From Octopus sinensis (lineage: Eukaryota), in contig NW_021835488.1 of the NCBI RefSeq assembly GCF_006345805.1, positions 1 to 40,560 of the forward strand: a DNA stretch of 40,560 nt, in the 5' to 3' direction. The notes under the pieces were generated by a model. That model worked only from the letters and a program-made list of their open reading frames with translations. It was not told where the DNA came from and ran no database searches. Of this stretch, positions 1 through 11,764 are shown piece by piece (within the stretch, counting starts at the first letter, position 1; each line of letters opens with the position of its first letter). The position numbers and the translations under genes were made by a program.

Positions 1-51
1 AGGCAAGCAATTCCGAGGGAGGGGGTAAGTAAATTATATCACCCCCACCCC

Positions 52-150
52 CCAGTGTTCAACTGGTACTTATTTTATCGATTCCGAAGAGATGAAAGGC
101 TAAGTCGACCTCGGCGGAATTTGAACTCAAAATGTAAAGCTGGAAAAAAT
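52..150 (-). mobile_element. SINE family C fragment (degenerate)
   Basis: AACTGGTACTTATTTTATCGA...GATGAAAGGCTAAGTCGACCTCGGCGGAATTTGAACTCA is the reverse complement of the central part of the copy at 15835-16060. Confidence 0.7.
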
Positions 151-502
151 GCCACTTTCTTCCTATAGCTTTTTAATGCAATTTAAAAGAAATCACAATG
201 TTGAAATAAAGGAAGTATGAAATGTAATACTCTATTAAATTATTCAATGTTTGCATTCTTTGCCTTGTTGTTGTACTTAACTTGTAGGGTTTTAAATACC
301 TTGAACGTATTGCCCTAATAAAGCGTTTTCTTCAACATTGAGGTTAGTAAAATACAAATACATACATAATTTACAAGCAAGTGGAATCATAAATGCATGT
401 GTATGGGTGAAAAAGAAAAACTATGTGAGCTGAAGACAAAACAGACTGTGTGCGTATACATGGAAAAGAGATCATTATCCCACTTTCTGAACATTGGCTT
501 GT

Positions 503-890
503 GGATGAATGGAAGCACTCCGTCGGTTACGACAACGAGGGTTCCGGTTGATCCGATCAACGCAACAGCCTGCTCGTGAAATTAACGTGTAAGTAGCTGA
601 GCACTCCACAGACACGTGTACTCTTAACGTAGTTCTCGGGGATATTCAGCGTGACACAGAGTGTGACAAGGCCGGTCCTTTGAAATACAGGTACAACAGA
701 AACAGGAAGTAAGAGTGAGAGAAAGTTGTGGTGAAAGAGTACAGCAAGGATCACCACCATCCCTGCCGGAGCCTCGTGGAGCTTTAGGTGTTTTCGCTCA
801 ATAAACACTCACAACGCCCGGTCTGGGAATCGAAACCGCGATCCTACGACCGCGAGTCCGCTGCCCTAACCACTGGGCCATTGCGCCTCC
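503..890 (-). mobile_element. Full-length tRNA-derived SINE, family B
   Basis: Minus strand begins GGAGGCGCAATGGCCCAGTGGTTAGGGCAGC...GGTTTCGATTCC (A and B boxes); collinear and highly similar to 21718-22104. Confidence 0.9.
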
Positions 891-1245
891 ACTGCATTGG
901 GTTGTAAGAACTATATGAATATCAAATTTCAGTCACATCCCTCATTGAAATGACTTCAGAGACAGCTACTAGTTCACATAAAATTCGCTGTTCATTTAAC
1001 ATTCAACTAAACCACTCCAACCATCCTTACAAGTAAATCAACTGAGGATACGATATCAACTGATTTTCGTTAGATGCTTACTCAGCAGAAAATTATTGTG
1101 ACCTCTTACGTTACACGGAATTGTTATAATTACTAAATTTAATTACATTACACGGATTATTGTCAGCAAGCCATTCCCCTGAAAATTTATGTGAGCTGTT
1201 TTATTCATCAACGACACTAAAATACCAGAAATATAAGTGGCTTAC

Positions 1246-1432
1246 CTTACTCTCGTTCCAGCTGCATTGAATCCTGCACGATGAGGCGTATATCTACTTT
1301 CCCAAAACGTTAAAGCAGTTTATTTTGATCTCGTAAATTAATGGACATTTTGCTTTCGAACAAGAAGCTCTCCTGAACCGAGTCTTCATAACCAGCTTCT
1401 GCTGTAGTAACGTCAACACAGCTAGTTTGGCA
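1246..1432 (-). other. Candidate spliced exon (187 nt, stops in all three frames; UTR/lncRNA-like)
   Basis: Minus-strand acceptor TTTCATTCTGTCTTGCGTGTTTTCTAG| and donor AAG|GTAAGC flank unique sequence. Confidence 0.3.
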
Positions 1433-2216
1433 CTAGAAAACACGCAAGACAGAATGAAATGTAGCATAACATGTATGATCATATGTACCATAGGTCTGTT
1501 TAATTAGTGATAACCAGCTGCGAAACAACAAAAATATACATATTTTCTGTTTATATTTGTAAATGGATATATAAATTATATATTTGTGTATCTTGCGTAT
1601 ATTATATTTAAGAAATATACTGCTGTAATTTATTCTCTTAACCTGGTTATAGGGATTATTTAGTAGAAGTCCAGTTTTCCAGCAAAATTTTTGGTTAGGT
1701 TTCCAGTGTAAGGATACTATCTCAGGGACTACAACAGTTAAAAATAACTGCTCTTCTTAAACCCCAAAGCTACAGATTTATGCAAGACAAATTCTTTTTT
1801 AAAAGCATTACACAAAATGAAGCTTAAAATTTGAAGTAATAGAAAAGTCATATTCACCAAGTCAGTATATGTAAATCACACCCACTTAAGAAAATCTGTA
1901 CCGAGTGGTTGCAAACAATTCCCAAATAAACTACAGAACTAGGATGTGTGCTGCTAAGTTCACAGGGCAGTATGAGGACACCACCACAATATATACAGGA
2001 GAAAATATGGGAGAAAGCTGTCACGAATACTGTGTAGAAAAGACACTTAACAACATGCCTTTCAATGACTCAATAACAATGTTGTAATAGAAATTTCTTC
2101 TACACATCCGAAAAATCTGATGCTACGTTAGGTTACAGATGCAGTACGCATACTGGGAGTTGCTTCTCATCTTTACATACCATCAATAAAAGGAATGACT
2201 AGATTAATTATCACCT

Positions 2217-2271
2217 ACAATCACCACAATATCACAGGGACAACATTACCCACAATCACCACAATATCACA
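2217..2271. repeat. Short direct repeat, 20 bp x2
   Basis: ACAATCACCACAATATCACA at 2217-2236 and 2252-2271. Confidence 0.85.
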
Positions 2272-2963
2272 TGAACAAAGATAAAATAAGAGTAAAGTAA
2301 ACCATCACACATATACACGAACACATAAGCACACACTCACACATACACAAGTTCTAACCTACATATGTGCATACACACTGAGTCACAATATACCTAAACT
2401 CACGATCTTCTATTAGCAGTAGAAACAGAAATAAGCACAGCATATTTTTCACATAGAGATGGCATTGAAAACACGAAAATCAATTATAGAATAGAGAATC
2501 GTTGAAAAGTAGGCTGCAGTAAGACGAAAAGTTTGCAATAAAATAATCAATGATTAATTAATAATATAACTGAAGTGAACTACAGCCAGAACGTGTAAGT
2601 ATTAACAAAATGACCTTCACAAATTACAACGATGTTAACATAATTATAATATTGTCATAGATATAATAGATGTATATTTTCCGATATCGTTTCCGAGCAA
2701 ATATTTTGTAGACAACTAATTGATCATGCATAGATCTTACAAAAACGCGTTGATCTTTTATCTGATTAGACCTTTTATCACAGTAAATGATAATACGCTA
2801 ATTTGAGGAAGAACAGTGCTTAATCATGGATGTTCGAATATAGAATACTATTATAGAACTCCAGCTCTCGGTGTTGAACACATAGAATGAAAACTATAAT
2901 TGCATTACACTAAGATCTGGTACTGTTTTAGTGCAAGCGAAAATGTATATGATCTATAAAAAA

Positions 2964-3031
2964 GGAAGTCATCCGGAAGTTGTGTGCGCTAGCTCATTTA
3001 CAGCAGAAGTGAAGCGGAAAGGTTCTTTACC
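2964..3031. promoter_or_regulatory. ETS-motif cluster next to a minus-strand splice donor (possible promoter-proximal region)
   Basis: GGAAGT at 2964, CCGGAAGT at 2973-2980, GCGGAA at ~3013; AAG|GTAAAG donor on minus at 3031/3030. Confidence 0.2.
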
Positions 3032-3160
3032 TTCAAATTCTTTGGAATTCAGGTTACAAAATAGAGTTTTCGTTGCTTTTCAGCACTGATTCATTTATAA
3101 ATAGTGTATTTCGTTAGAAATTCTTTAGGATGGCTAATATTTTGTATTTTGCGTTTTATA

Positions 3161-3196
<36 letters not shown>

Positions 3197-3885
3197 TAAA
3201 TTATGGTATCTACGAGATACCACCATGCTGAAAATAGCAGCCATGATCTGACTCTAAAACCACCTTAATTGTCCATATATCAACACGGAGAGAAAACAAA
3301 GAGACAAGATGAAACTAGTAAAAAATTACTGGATAATTCTAGATCCCGGATTTCTGACTTTGCAATTAGTAATGCTTTGCATCGCCAGTAGAATACAGAC
3401 AGAAGAGAAACATAAATACATATATATATAAGCACAACATACGAATACTTACATATACGAACGTATACCCACATATATATGCACGCATGCATCATGGCCA
3501 GTTCAATTTATAATTTTAATAATTATTACCATTGAAGGTTATTTTTTCCATGCTGACCACTTGATAAAATCGTTATTTCATTTTTAAATTAACGATCTTA
3601 TCCATATTTATATAAGTTTAAATCTATTTATATAATTGTTTATATATATATGCACATAGCCAATCCAAGCCAGAACAAGCAAGAAAAATCAACAACGCGA
3701 GGTCGTGAAACAAGTACTGTGTTATTGGGCGCTCAAGAAATGAAAGAAAAGAAAGTGGATTTCAAGTTTCGAGCGGAGCTCTTCATCAGAAATATAGAAA
3801 AAATTCCAAAGAAGGAATACAAATACATATATGTGTATTATATTTATTATATAATATGCATATGTATATATGCATGTATATGTAT

Positions 3886-3968
3886 ACATACATATATACA
3901 TACATACATACATACATACATACATACATACATACATACATACATACATACATACATACATACATACA
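3886..3968. repeat. (CATA)n microsatellite
   Basis: Directly visible tandem CATA. Confidence 0.95.
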
Positions 3969-4126
3969 TGCATATATACATACATATATACGATCCTCGT
4001 CTGTTACGTTCTATATGTGTACTTTTATGCACCAAGCGCCTATATGAGATGATCCATAAAAGTTAACAACGCAGCATTTGGTGTTCTAACAAGACATCCG
4101 TGTTAAGTTTTTTATATATATGTATG

Positions 4127-4159
<33 letters not shown>

Positions 4160-4173
<14 letters not shown>

Positions 4174-4503
4174 GAGAATGTGTGTCTGTCTGTCTGTCTG
4201 TCTGTGTGTTTCCCTAAAACTTGAGAACTACACAACCAATTTCATTCAAATTTTACACATGCCTTACTCAGGGTCCGGGGAGTGTCATCGGCAAAAAAAA
4301 ATGTTCAACTTCTTGCCTAGGGCGAGCCCACAGCAATATCATATCTTCTCCACTACGATTCCCTAAAACTTGAGAACTACACAACCAATTTCATTCAAAT
4401 TTTACACATGCCTTACTTAGGGTCCACGTAGTTTCATGGGCAAAAAAAATGTTCAACTTCTTGCCTAGAGCGAGCCCATAGCAATATCATATCTTCTCCA
4501 CTA
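4160..4503 (+). mobile_element. Helitron-like non-autonomous element, 5' part, with internal ~148-bp tandem duplication
   Basis: TATATATAAAATTGAGAATGTGTGTCTGTCTGTCTG resembles the 5' ends of the elements at 34635 and 37419; unit starting TTCCCTAAAACTTGAG at 4210 is repeated at 4359. Confidence 0.5.
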
Positions 4504-5208
4504 TTTCAGTATTACGTGTTAAAAGTGAAACAAAAACATTTTTCTATTTTATGTCAGATACTTTCACTTTAACAATAAAAATAATAATAACAATTGAATT
4601 ATATGTAGTAAGTAATAATTAAAATCAAGCAAAAGTATAATATTATCGTAACATAACAAAAGTAAAAATAGCAATTGGTATAAAATTGCATCAATGACTT
4701 GAACTTGAATCAGTGGTTTCACATGAATGGGAATAAATAAAAAATAAAATTTAAGTGCAGAAATGGAATAGTCCAGATGGGGGTGTGCACGGCTTTTACA
4801 TTAGATTATTTGCTAATTAGCTAGCATTAAGTATCTCTATGAAGTTTGGCTGTATGTAATGTCTGTTTTCTCAAAAGATGCTTCTACTGAGTACTGCTGT
4901 TGGTTTATTTCTGATCCATAAAGGCCTATAGCTTCAACAGAGTATTGCATTTTGGTTTACCGTAAGGTTTGTTCGTTATTATTATTTCTGTTTAACTATT
5001 GTTATCACGTTTGTTGGTTCATCGTAAGGGAAGCGTTGTTGTGTTGTATTTGTTAAATAATTGTAAACCGTAACCCTCTCCCTTTGGGAGAAGGAGCTTT
5101 GGTTATTGTTTAAAAATTGAATTGTGTCCCTGTTTGGGGAAATTGACAATATTTTCGCCGTTTACACGGAAGCATTTTTGTTAAAATGTCTTCGATAGAA
5201 GAAAGTCC

Positions 5209-5730
5209 AAAAATGAATTTCGCTGCAGCCGTCGGGGGGCGGCGAACTCATTAAAATTAAAATGGAAGAAATACAAACCTATTTCGGATTGATCACCGAC
5301 AAAGACGGGGAATCTAGGATAACACCACCAAATGAAATAAAAGATAAAATTAAAGAAAAGACTATTGCCTATAAAGTATACAATGTAGAGAAAAGAACGA
5401 TTTGAACACATGGAGGAAAGCACCATTGAACAGTGTCTTGGTGCGACTATGAAAGATATCAAGTATCTAACCAGAGGCGGTAAATTAGCCACAATAGAAG
5501 CAAGGTTCGAGTCAACGGAGCATGCAAGGGAGTACTCGACTCGAACCTTGCAAAGTAGAAATATTTTATTTTTACCTTTATATCTGGGACGTAGGACGTC
5601 CTGGATAAAAATTTAAAATGCCCCTTCCCAGAAGTAGTGGTAGAGTGGATTGTAGCCACACTTCTATACAAGAGGGAGGACAAGATACAATTGATTGAAA
5701 TTACAAGAGACGGGCTAACAATTCCAGTCT
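5209..5730 (+). pseudogene. Degenerate coding-like remnant, possibly ORF1/gag-like of a non-LTR retrotransposon
   Basis: Broken frames give MEEIQTYFGLITDKDGESRITPPNEIKDK.. / FEHMEESTIEQCLG..FLPLYLGRRTSWIKI* / PEVVVEWIVATLL..; resemblance to ORF1 proteins is by eye only. Confidence 0.3.
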
Positions 5731-5861
5731 GTTATATATTTTCAGTATTGTTATCACTAGCGATATCAAGATATAACTTTGTATTTTGTATTTTATGTGT
5801 AGATGTATATATATAGATGTACTTGTAATATGTACACATATATATACACATATATACATGC

Positions 5862-5903
5862 ACTAGCACTATGACCCGGCAACGACGGGTCTTTAATGCT
5901 AAT
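5862..5903. mobile_element. Palindromic Helitron-type 3' terminus (hairpin plus CTRR on both strands)
   Basis: ACTAGCACTATGACCCG-GCAACGA-CGGGTCTTTAATGCTAAT; stem GACCCG/CGGGTC at 5873-5891; similar to the termini at 34244 and 37023. Confidence 0.55.
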
Positions 5904-5948
5904 ATATATATATAATAAGTGTAGGTCGTATACGAGTAGGCATATATT

Positions 5949-6524
5949 TATACAAAAGAAGTTTGAAAACGCCACTATATAAGATAAATTTTAATATTCT
6001 TAGAAATTTTACATATTTCGGTTCTTCTTGAAAAAACGAACCTTATCAAAAATATTTTAAAAAGTTAAGTGTAATAAAAAAAAGTTCATAATTGTTTCTT
6101 ACTAGTCTCAACAGAATCCACGTGGTGGTTTTTTTGGTGGGAGGAAGCATAATAGCTGTCTTATGTGTTAAATAAATTAAGGAAATGACCTGTGGCCGAA
6201 ATAGCAGCAGCAGCAGTGACTACTGTAGCAGCAGTGTCGTGACTACTGTAGCAGCAGTGTCTGCTGCTACTGCTATTTCGGCCACTGGTCATTTCCTTAA
6301 TTTATTCAACACATAAGACAGCTATTATGCTTCCTCCCCACAAAAAAACCTCACGTGGATTCTGTTGAGACTAGTAAGAAACAATTATGAACTTCTTTAT
6401 TACACTTAACTTTTTAAAATATTTTTGATAAGGTTCGTTTTTTCAAGAAGAACCGAAACATGTAAAATTTCTAAGAAAATTAAAATTATCTTATTAGTGG
6501 CATTTTCAAACTTCTTTTTTATAT
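5949..6524. mobile_element. Foldback/MITE-like element: ~265-bp inverted arms around a 23-bp tandem duplication
   Basis: Left arm TACAAAAGAAGTTTGAAAACGCCAC...GAAATAGCAGCAG mirrored by CTGCTGCTACTGCTATTTC...GTGGCATTTTCAAACTTCTTTT; centre GTGACTACTGTAGCAGCAGTGTC x2 (6216-6238, 6239-6261). Confidence 0.85.
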
Positions 6525-6587
6525 ATGTATATATATATATATTATATATATATATATAAATGTTATATTATATGTATATATATAATG

Positions 6588-6634
<47 letters not shown>

Positions 6635-7912
6635 GTTATATATATATATATGTATATATATGATATATATATGTATATATATATATGTATATATATATAT
6701 GTATATATATATGTATATATGTATATATATATATGTATATATATATATAGTATATATATATATGTATATATATATGTATATTATATATGTATTATATATA
6801 TGTATATATATATATGTATATATATATATGTATATATATATATGTAATATATATATGTATATATGTATATATATATGTATGTATATATATATGTATATAT
6901 ATATTATGTATATATATATGTTATATATATATATGTATATATCTATATATGTGTATATATATATATATGTATATATATATAATGTATATATATATATATG
7001 TATATATATATATGTATATATATATAATGTATATATATATATGTATATATATGTATGTATATATATGTTGTATATATATGTAATGTATATATATTGTATA
7101 TATATATATGTATATATATAATGTATATTATATGTATATATATATATTATATATATATATGTATATATATATATGTATATATATATGTATATATATGTAT
7201 ATATATGTATATAATATGTATACATATATATGTAATATATATGTATATATATGTGTATATATATGTGTGTATATATATAGTGTATATATATATGTGTATA
7301 TATATATGTGTATATATATGTGTATATATATATGTGTATATATATATGTTGTATATATATAGTGTATATTATATTGATATATATAATGTATATATATATA
7401 TGTAATATATATATGTATAATATATGTATATTATACTATGTATATATATATATGTATATATATATGTATATATATATATATATGTATTATATATATGTTA
7501 ATATAGTGTGTATATATATATATGTATATATATATATGTATATATATATGTATATTGTATATATATATATATGTAATATATATGTATATATATATGTATA
7601 ATATATATGTATATATATATGTATTATATGTATGTATATGTATGTATATATATGTGTATATATATGTGTATATATATGTATAATATATATGTATTATTAT
7701 GTATATGTATATGTATGTATATATATCTATGTATATATATATATGTATATATCTATGTATATATATGTTGTATATATATGTAATGTATATATGTATATGT
7801 TATCTATGTATATATATATTGTATATTATATATATGATATATATGTATATATATATATATGTATATATATATATGTATATTATATGTATGTATATATATG
7901 TATATATATAGT

Positions 7913-7945
<33 letters not shown>

Positions 7946-8045
7946 CTATATATGTATATATATATATATATGTATATATATGTATATATATATGTATATA
8001 TTATATATATGTATATATAGATATATGTATATCTATATATATATG

Positions 8046-8076
<31 letters not shown>

Positions 8077-8219
8077 GTTCTATATATATATGTATATATA
8101 TATATATGTATATATGTATATATATATATGTCTATATATATATATGTATTAATATATATATATGTATCATATGTATATATATATATTTATATACTATATT
8201 ATGTCTATATATTAATATG

Positions 8220-8266
<47 letters not shown>

Positions 8267-8300
8267 GTATATTATATATATTTTGTATATATATATATGT

Positions 8301-8331
<31 letters not shown>

Positions 8332-8778
8332 GTAATATATATATATGTATATATATATATATAATGTATATATATATATATGTATATTATATATATGTTA
8401 TATATATATGTATAATATATATATATGTATATATATATATATGTATATTATATAATATATGTTGTATATATATGTATGTATATATATGTATATATATATA
8501 TGTGTGTATATTATGTATATATATATGTTGTGTCTATATGTATATAATATGTGTATATATATATGTGTGTATATATATGTTATATATATATGTATATATA
8601 TATATGTATATATAATGTATGTATATATGTATGTATATATATATATTGTATATGTATATGTATATTATATATGTATATTTATATGTATATGTATATATAT
8701 ATGTATAATATATGTATATATATATGTATATATATATGTATATGTATATATATATGTATATTATATATATATATGTAT

Positions 8779-8824
<46 letters not shown>

Positions 8825-8880
8825 GTATGTATGCATGTATGTACGTACGTATGTATGTATGTATGTGTGTATGTATGAAT
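6525..8880. repeat. ~2.35-kb degenerate (TA)n/(TATATG)n array ending in (TATG)n
   Basis: Directly visible; G interruptions lie almost entirely on the plus strand. Confidence 0.97.
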
Positions 8881-8981
8881 ATGTATATCAATAGATTTTC
8901 TAACGTGATCTATCCGCCCCTTTTTCCCTTTCTTAATTCCTACACCTTAATCCTAAAGCATGTATAAAACATTACGCCATA

Positions 8982-10525
8982 CAGTAATCTCTCGCCATGT
9001 CGCGCTTCACCTATTGCGGTTCACCTATCGCCGTTCACCTATCGCGGTTTATTATTTAAGCTTACGTCGATTCTTCTGTGGTATTTTTTTTCATTTATAA
9101 TAAAGTAAATATATACAAACTTGCAAACGCACCCGTCCTTTGGACGGCTTACGTTGCTTTCGTGGTATTTTTTCACCAAATAATTGAACTACCGAGAAGG
9201 TTTATTTGTAGCATGGCAATCTATTTCCGATTAACCTAGGAACGGAAAATCAAATTGAAGGCTGGTTATTGTGGAGGTCGTTGCTCTCTGATTATCATAG
9301 AACATGTAAGTTTGCAAGGGATGTAAAGTAGAGCTACTGAAGTGTTTTGGGAGTAGATTACGGATAATGACTACAAAATATATTTGTTTTACATGAAAGC
9401 GAAATTTCTTGTCAGAAACAGCCACATATATGGTGTAAGGAAATTGAAGGAAGATGTTGAGCCTTCCCCTATGCGAGTTTATTTTTTTCAACAGCAAAGG
9501 GAGCTATTTTTTTTTCGGAGAGAAAAGCTAACAAAAGCCCCTTTATCTATCTTCAAACATAGTGTGCACATAAGCTAACAGCGAATGCTGCATAAAGTTA
9601 AATTGGTAGGGAAATTCCTGAAAGATACGTATAGCTTTCGCTAGTGGAAGCAAAACTCTTATTTAAAGGTCGATTCTTTGGGACGAATCATATGTGAGTG
9701 TTTAAAAAGGCTACAATGACAATGCTAAAACCTATTTGAAACAATGGACAGCAGTCGAAATATCATAATGGCTGGGTAAAGAAGTATCCTTAAAGTGAAA
9801 CAACGGTATCAAAGGTAAAAAAAAAAATATCAACAAACAGAAGAGAGGGAATGGAACATCACATTTCAAGTAAATCAGAATAGGTAAAGGTAAGCTTGCC
9901 AAAGTTTAATATAGTTTGAATATGTAGATTAAGATAGTTTGTTATTGGATATTCATCACGTATAGTTTTCCTAGTCAACTGAATCACCGTCGTAAGTGGA
10001 CAGCAGAAATAAATATTCGAAATCCTTTCACTTTTATAAAAAGATTAAAAAGAAAAAGAGGACAAGAAGCACTCGTTTTTTCACAATGGAAAATCGCTTC
10101 CTAGTAGCCGGAATTTCGCGACAAAATGTGTTTATTAAGCACAACAACCTGAAGTGCATGCCGCTGGGCATTAAAAGCCAATCGCACAAATCTAGAGGGT
10201 CTCTATGCCCCCTTGAATCGATAAAAAATCATTCTTTTTGCCATAGCAACCACATCTTTATAGCTTGCGAATTTTAACCATCGCAGGTCTCATCCTCACC
10301 ACGCATTTAGTATCCCTGCCAATTTTCAGCTCGATCCTAGCCTCGGTTTGGCCGCCATTAACCGTCAAAGCAAAAGGTGCATACGATTTTCGTCCAAAGA
10401 CTGTTTTATAGATTATATAAAAATAATACAAGAAAATATACAGTACAGTAATTTCTATTTCGCGGATTTTCACCTAATGCGGGTTGTTTTGGAACGTAAC
10501 AACCGCGATTGTCGAGGAATTACTC
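8982..10525. mobile_element. pogo/Tigger-like DNA transposon relic (no intact transposase seen)
   Basis: TA|CAGTAATCTCTCG at the left end and CGAGGAATTACTC|TA at the right end; left subterminal 14-bp repeats GCGGTTCACCTATC x3, echoed by TTCACCTAATGCGG near the right end. Confidence 0.6.
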
Positions 10526-10561
10526 TAATTCATTGGAAGTTCCTCACGCATGCTTTCTTTT

Positions 10562-10603
10562 CATCTACCAAGCAATAAATGTACATTCATTGTTTGGTAG
10601 ATG
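10562..10603. repeat. Near-perfect 42-bp palindrome
   Basis: CATCTACCAAGCAATAAATGT|ACATTCATTGTTTGGTAGATG; one G-T and one A-C mismatch, no spacer. Confidence 0.85.
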
Positions 10604-10714
10604 CATAGCTGTATGATTACGAAGTTCTCTTGGCAACCATGTAATTTTGCGTTCATGCCCATCTTCCTGTGAGCTTTTTTCGCACACGTTATACATATGT
10701 GGAAAAAAGTATGC

Positions 10715-10746
10715 ATGTGGACAAAAAATGTACACTGATAGGACTT
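10715..10746 (+). repeat. 32-bp dispersed repeat, second copy at 16601-16632 (unclassified, possibly an old DNA-transposon end)
   Basis: ATGTGGACAAAAAATGT(A/G)CACTGATAGGACTT, 31/32 identical. Confidence 0.6.
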
Positions 10747-11684
10747 TTGAAGATGATATTAAATTTATCTAATCGAAAATGTCAATCGTGTAATTTCTTA
10801 GTATATCATTATCAATACACACTAAAAACAGCACACGGGTCAGAATGGTATTTGCGCGATGTCTACTAACATGGATGCGTGCATACTATGCAATGAAAGA
10901 CAAAGTTAGCTCACAATAGATTTCTGCGCACACCCACAGCAAAAAGAATCAGAGGGAGCATTGATTCAATCCCAATCTTGGAAGCAATCAATTGCAATTG
11001 CTCTTAGTTATAAGTGCATAGTGAATTAACGAGAGAAAGTCATACTAGTGTACATAATATAAGAGATGGAGTCGTGACATTTACAGCAGAAAACATTCAA
11101 ACAACGATGGTAACATCCTTATTAATCACAATATCCCTGCTTGCTATAAAGTCGATGAATTAGCTAAGTCATCACGTGGCATTTGTTCTGACTCACTGTA
11201 CTCCGAGTTCAATTTCCGCCGAAGCTAACGTTGCCTTTCAACCAAAGCGGTGGATCTACAGAAATTTAAGAACGTCATACAGGGTTGCTTTGCAGTAACT
11301 CTTCCGGTTTTTGCTTTCCGAGTTCAAATCCCATCGTGACCTAGTTTAATAGGAGTAGACTTATCCGTCGCCTGATTTAACTCTACAACCCAAGGACTTC
11401 GGTGCTTTTAGTTGAGTGCACTTTGTTTCAAGCATTCGGTGGGGGATCGCTAGTTTGAGTATCCCATACCCTCTCTACTCATCAGTAATTTTGGGGGGCC
11501 CTGGGAATGGTCATGGCCACTGCCTATCTTCTTGACTAAAAGACTAATAACATCCATATCATCACATCACCTCGAAGATGAAGCAAGCATCTAGGATTTC
11601 GTACGGAAATATGAAAAAAAAAATATGAAGAAAAAATATGACAAGCAAGATAAAACAAAAACGCAATCATATTTTCAAAACTAT

Positions 11685-11699
11685 ATATGTGTGTATGTA

Positions 11700-11730
<31 letters not shown>

Positions 11731-11764
11731 TGTGTGGTGTGTGTGTGTGTGTGTGTGTGCGTGT
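11685..11764. repeat. (GT)n microsatellite
   Basis: Directly visible. Confidence 0.95.

Noticed and set aside
557-808. 83-aa ORF with a near-identical partner at 21769-21972
   Set aside because: Both lie inside SINE B copies; the similarity reflects the repeat, not a gene family
4210-4503. Direct repeats (also 33381-33786) considered as CRISPR-like or LTR-like structures
   Set aside because: Adjacent tandem duplications with no unique spacers, TG..CA ends or PBS; eukaryotic TE context
6361-6480. CTGTTGA..GAAAC and TTCAAGAAG..CCGAAACATGT motifs in the foldback arm that echo hammerhead cores
   Set aside because: Stem II and stem I do not pair and the cores have several substitutions; not enough to call ribozymes, though a Penelope origin for the foldback is not excluded
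6525-8967. Long Y/I/M/C/V-rich ORFs (up to 327 aa), and similar ones at 3650-4366 and 29689-30331
   Set aside because: Translations of (TA)n/(TATG)n/(CATA)n arrays, which lack stops in several frames
9210-9240. Mariner-TIR-like string TTTCCGATTAACCTAG
   Set aside because: No partner TIR or transposase nearby; too short to call an element
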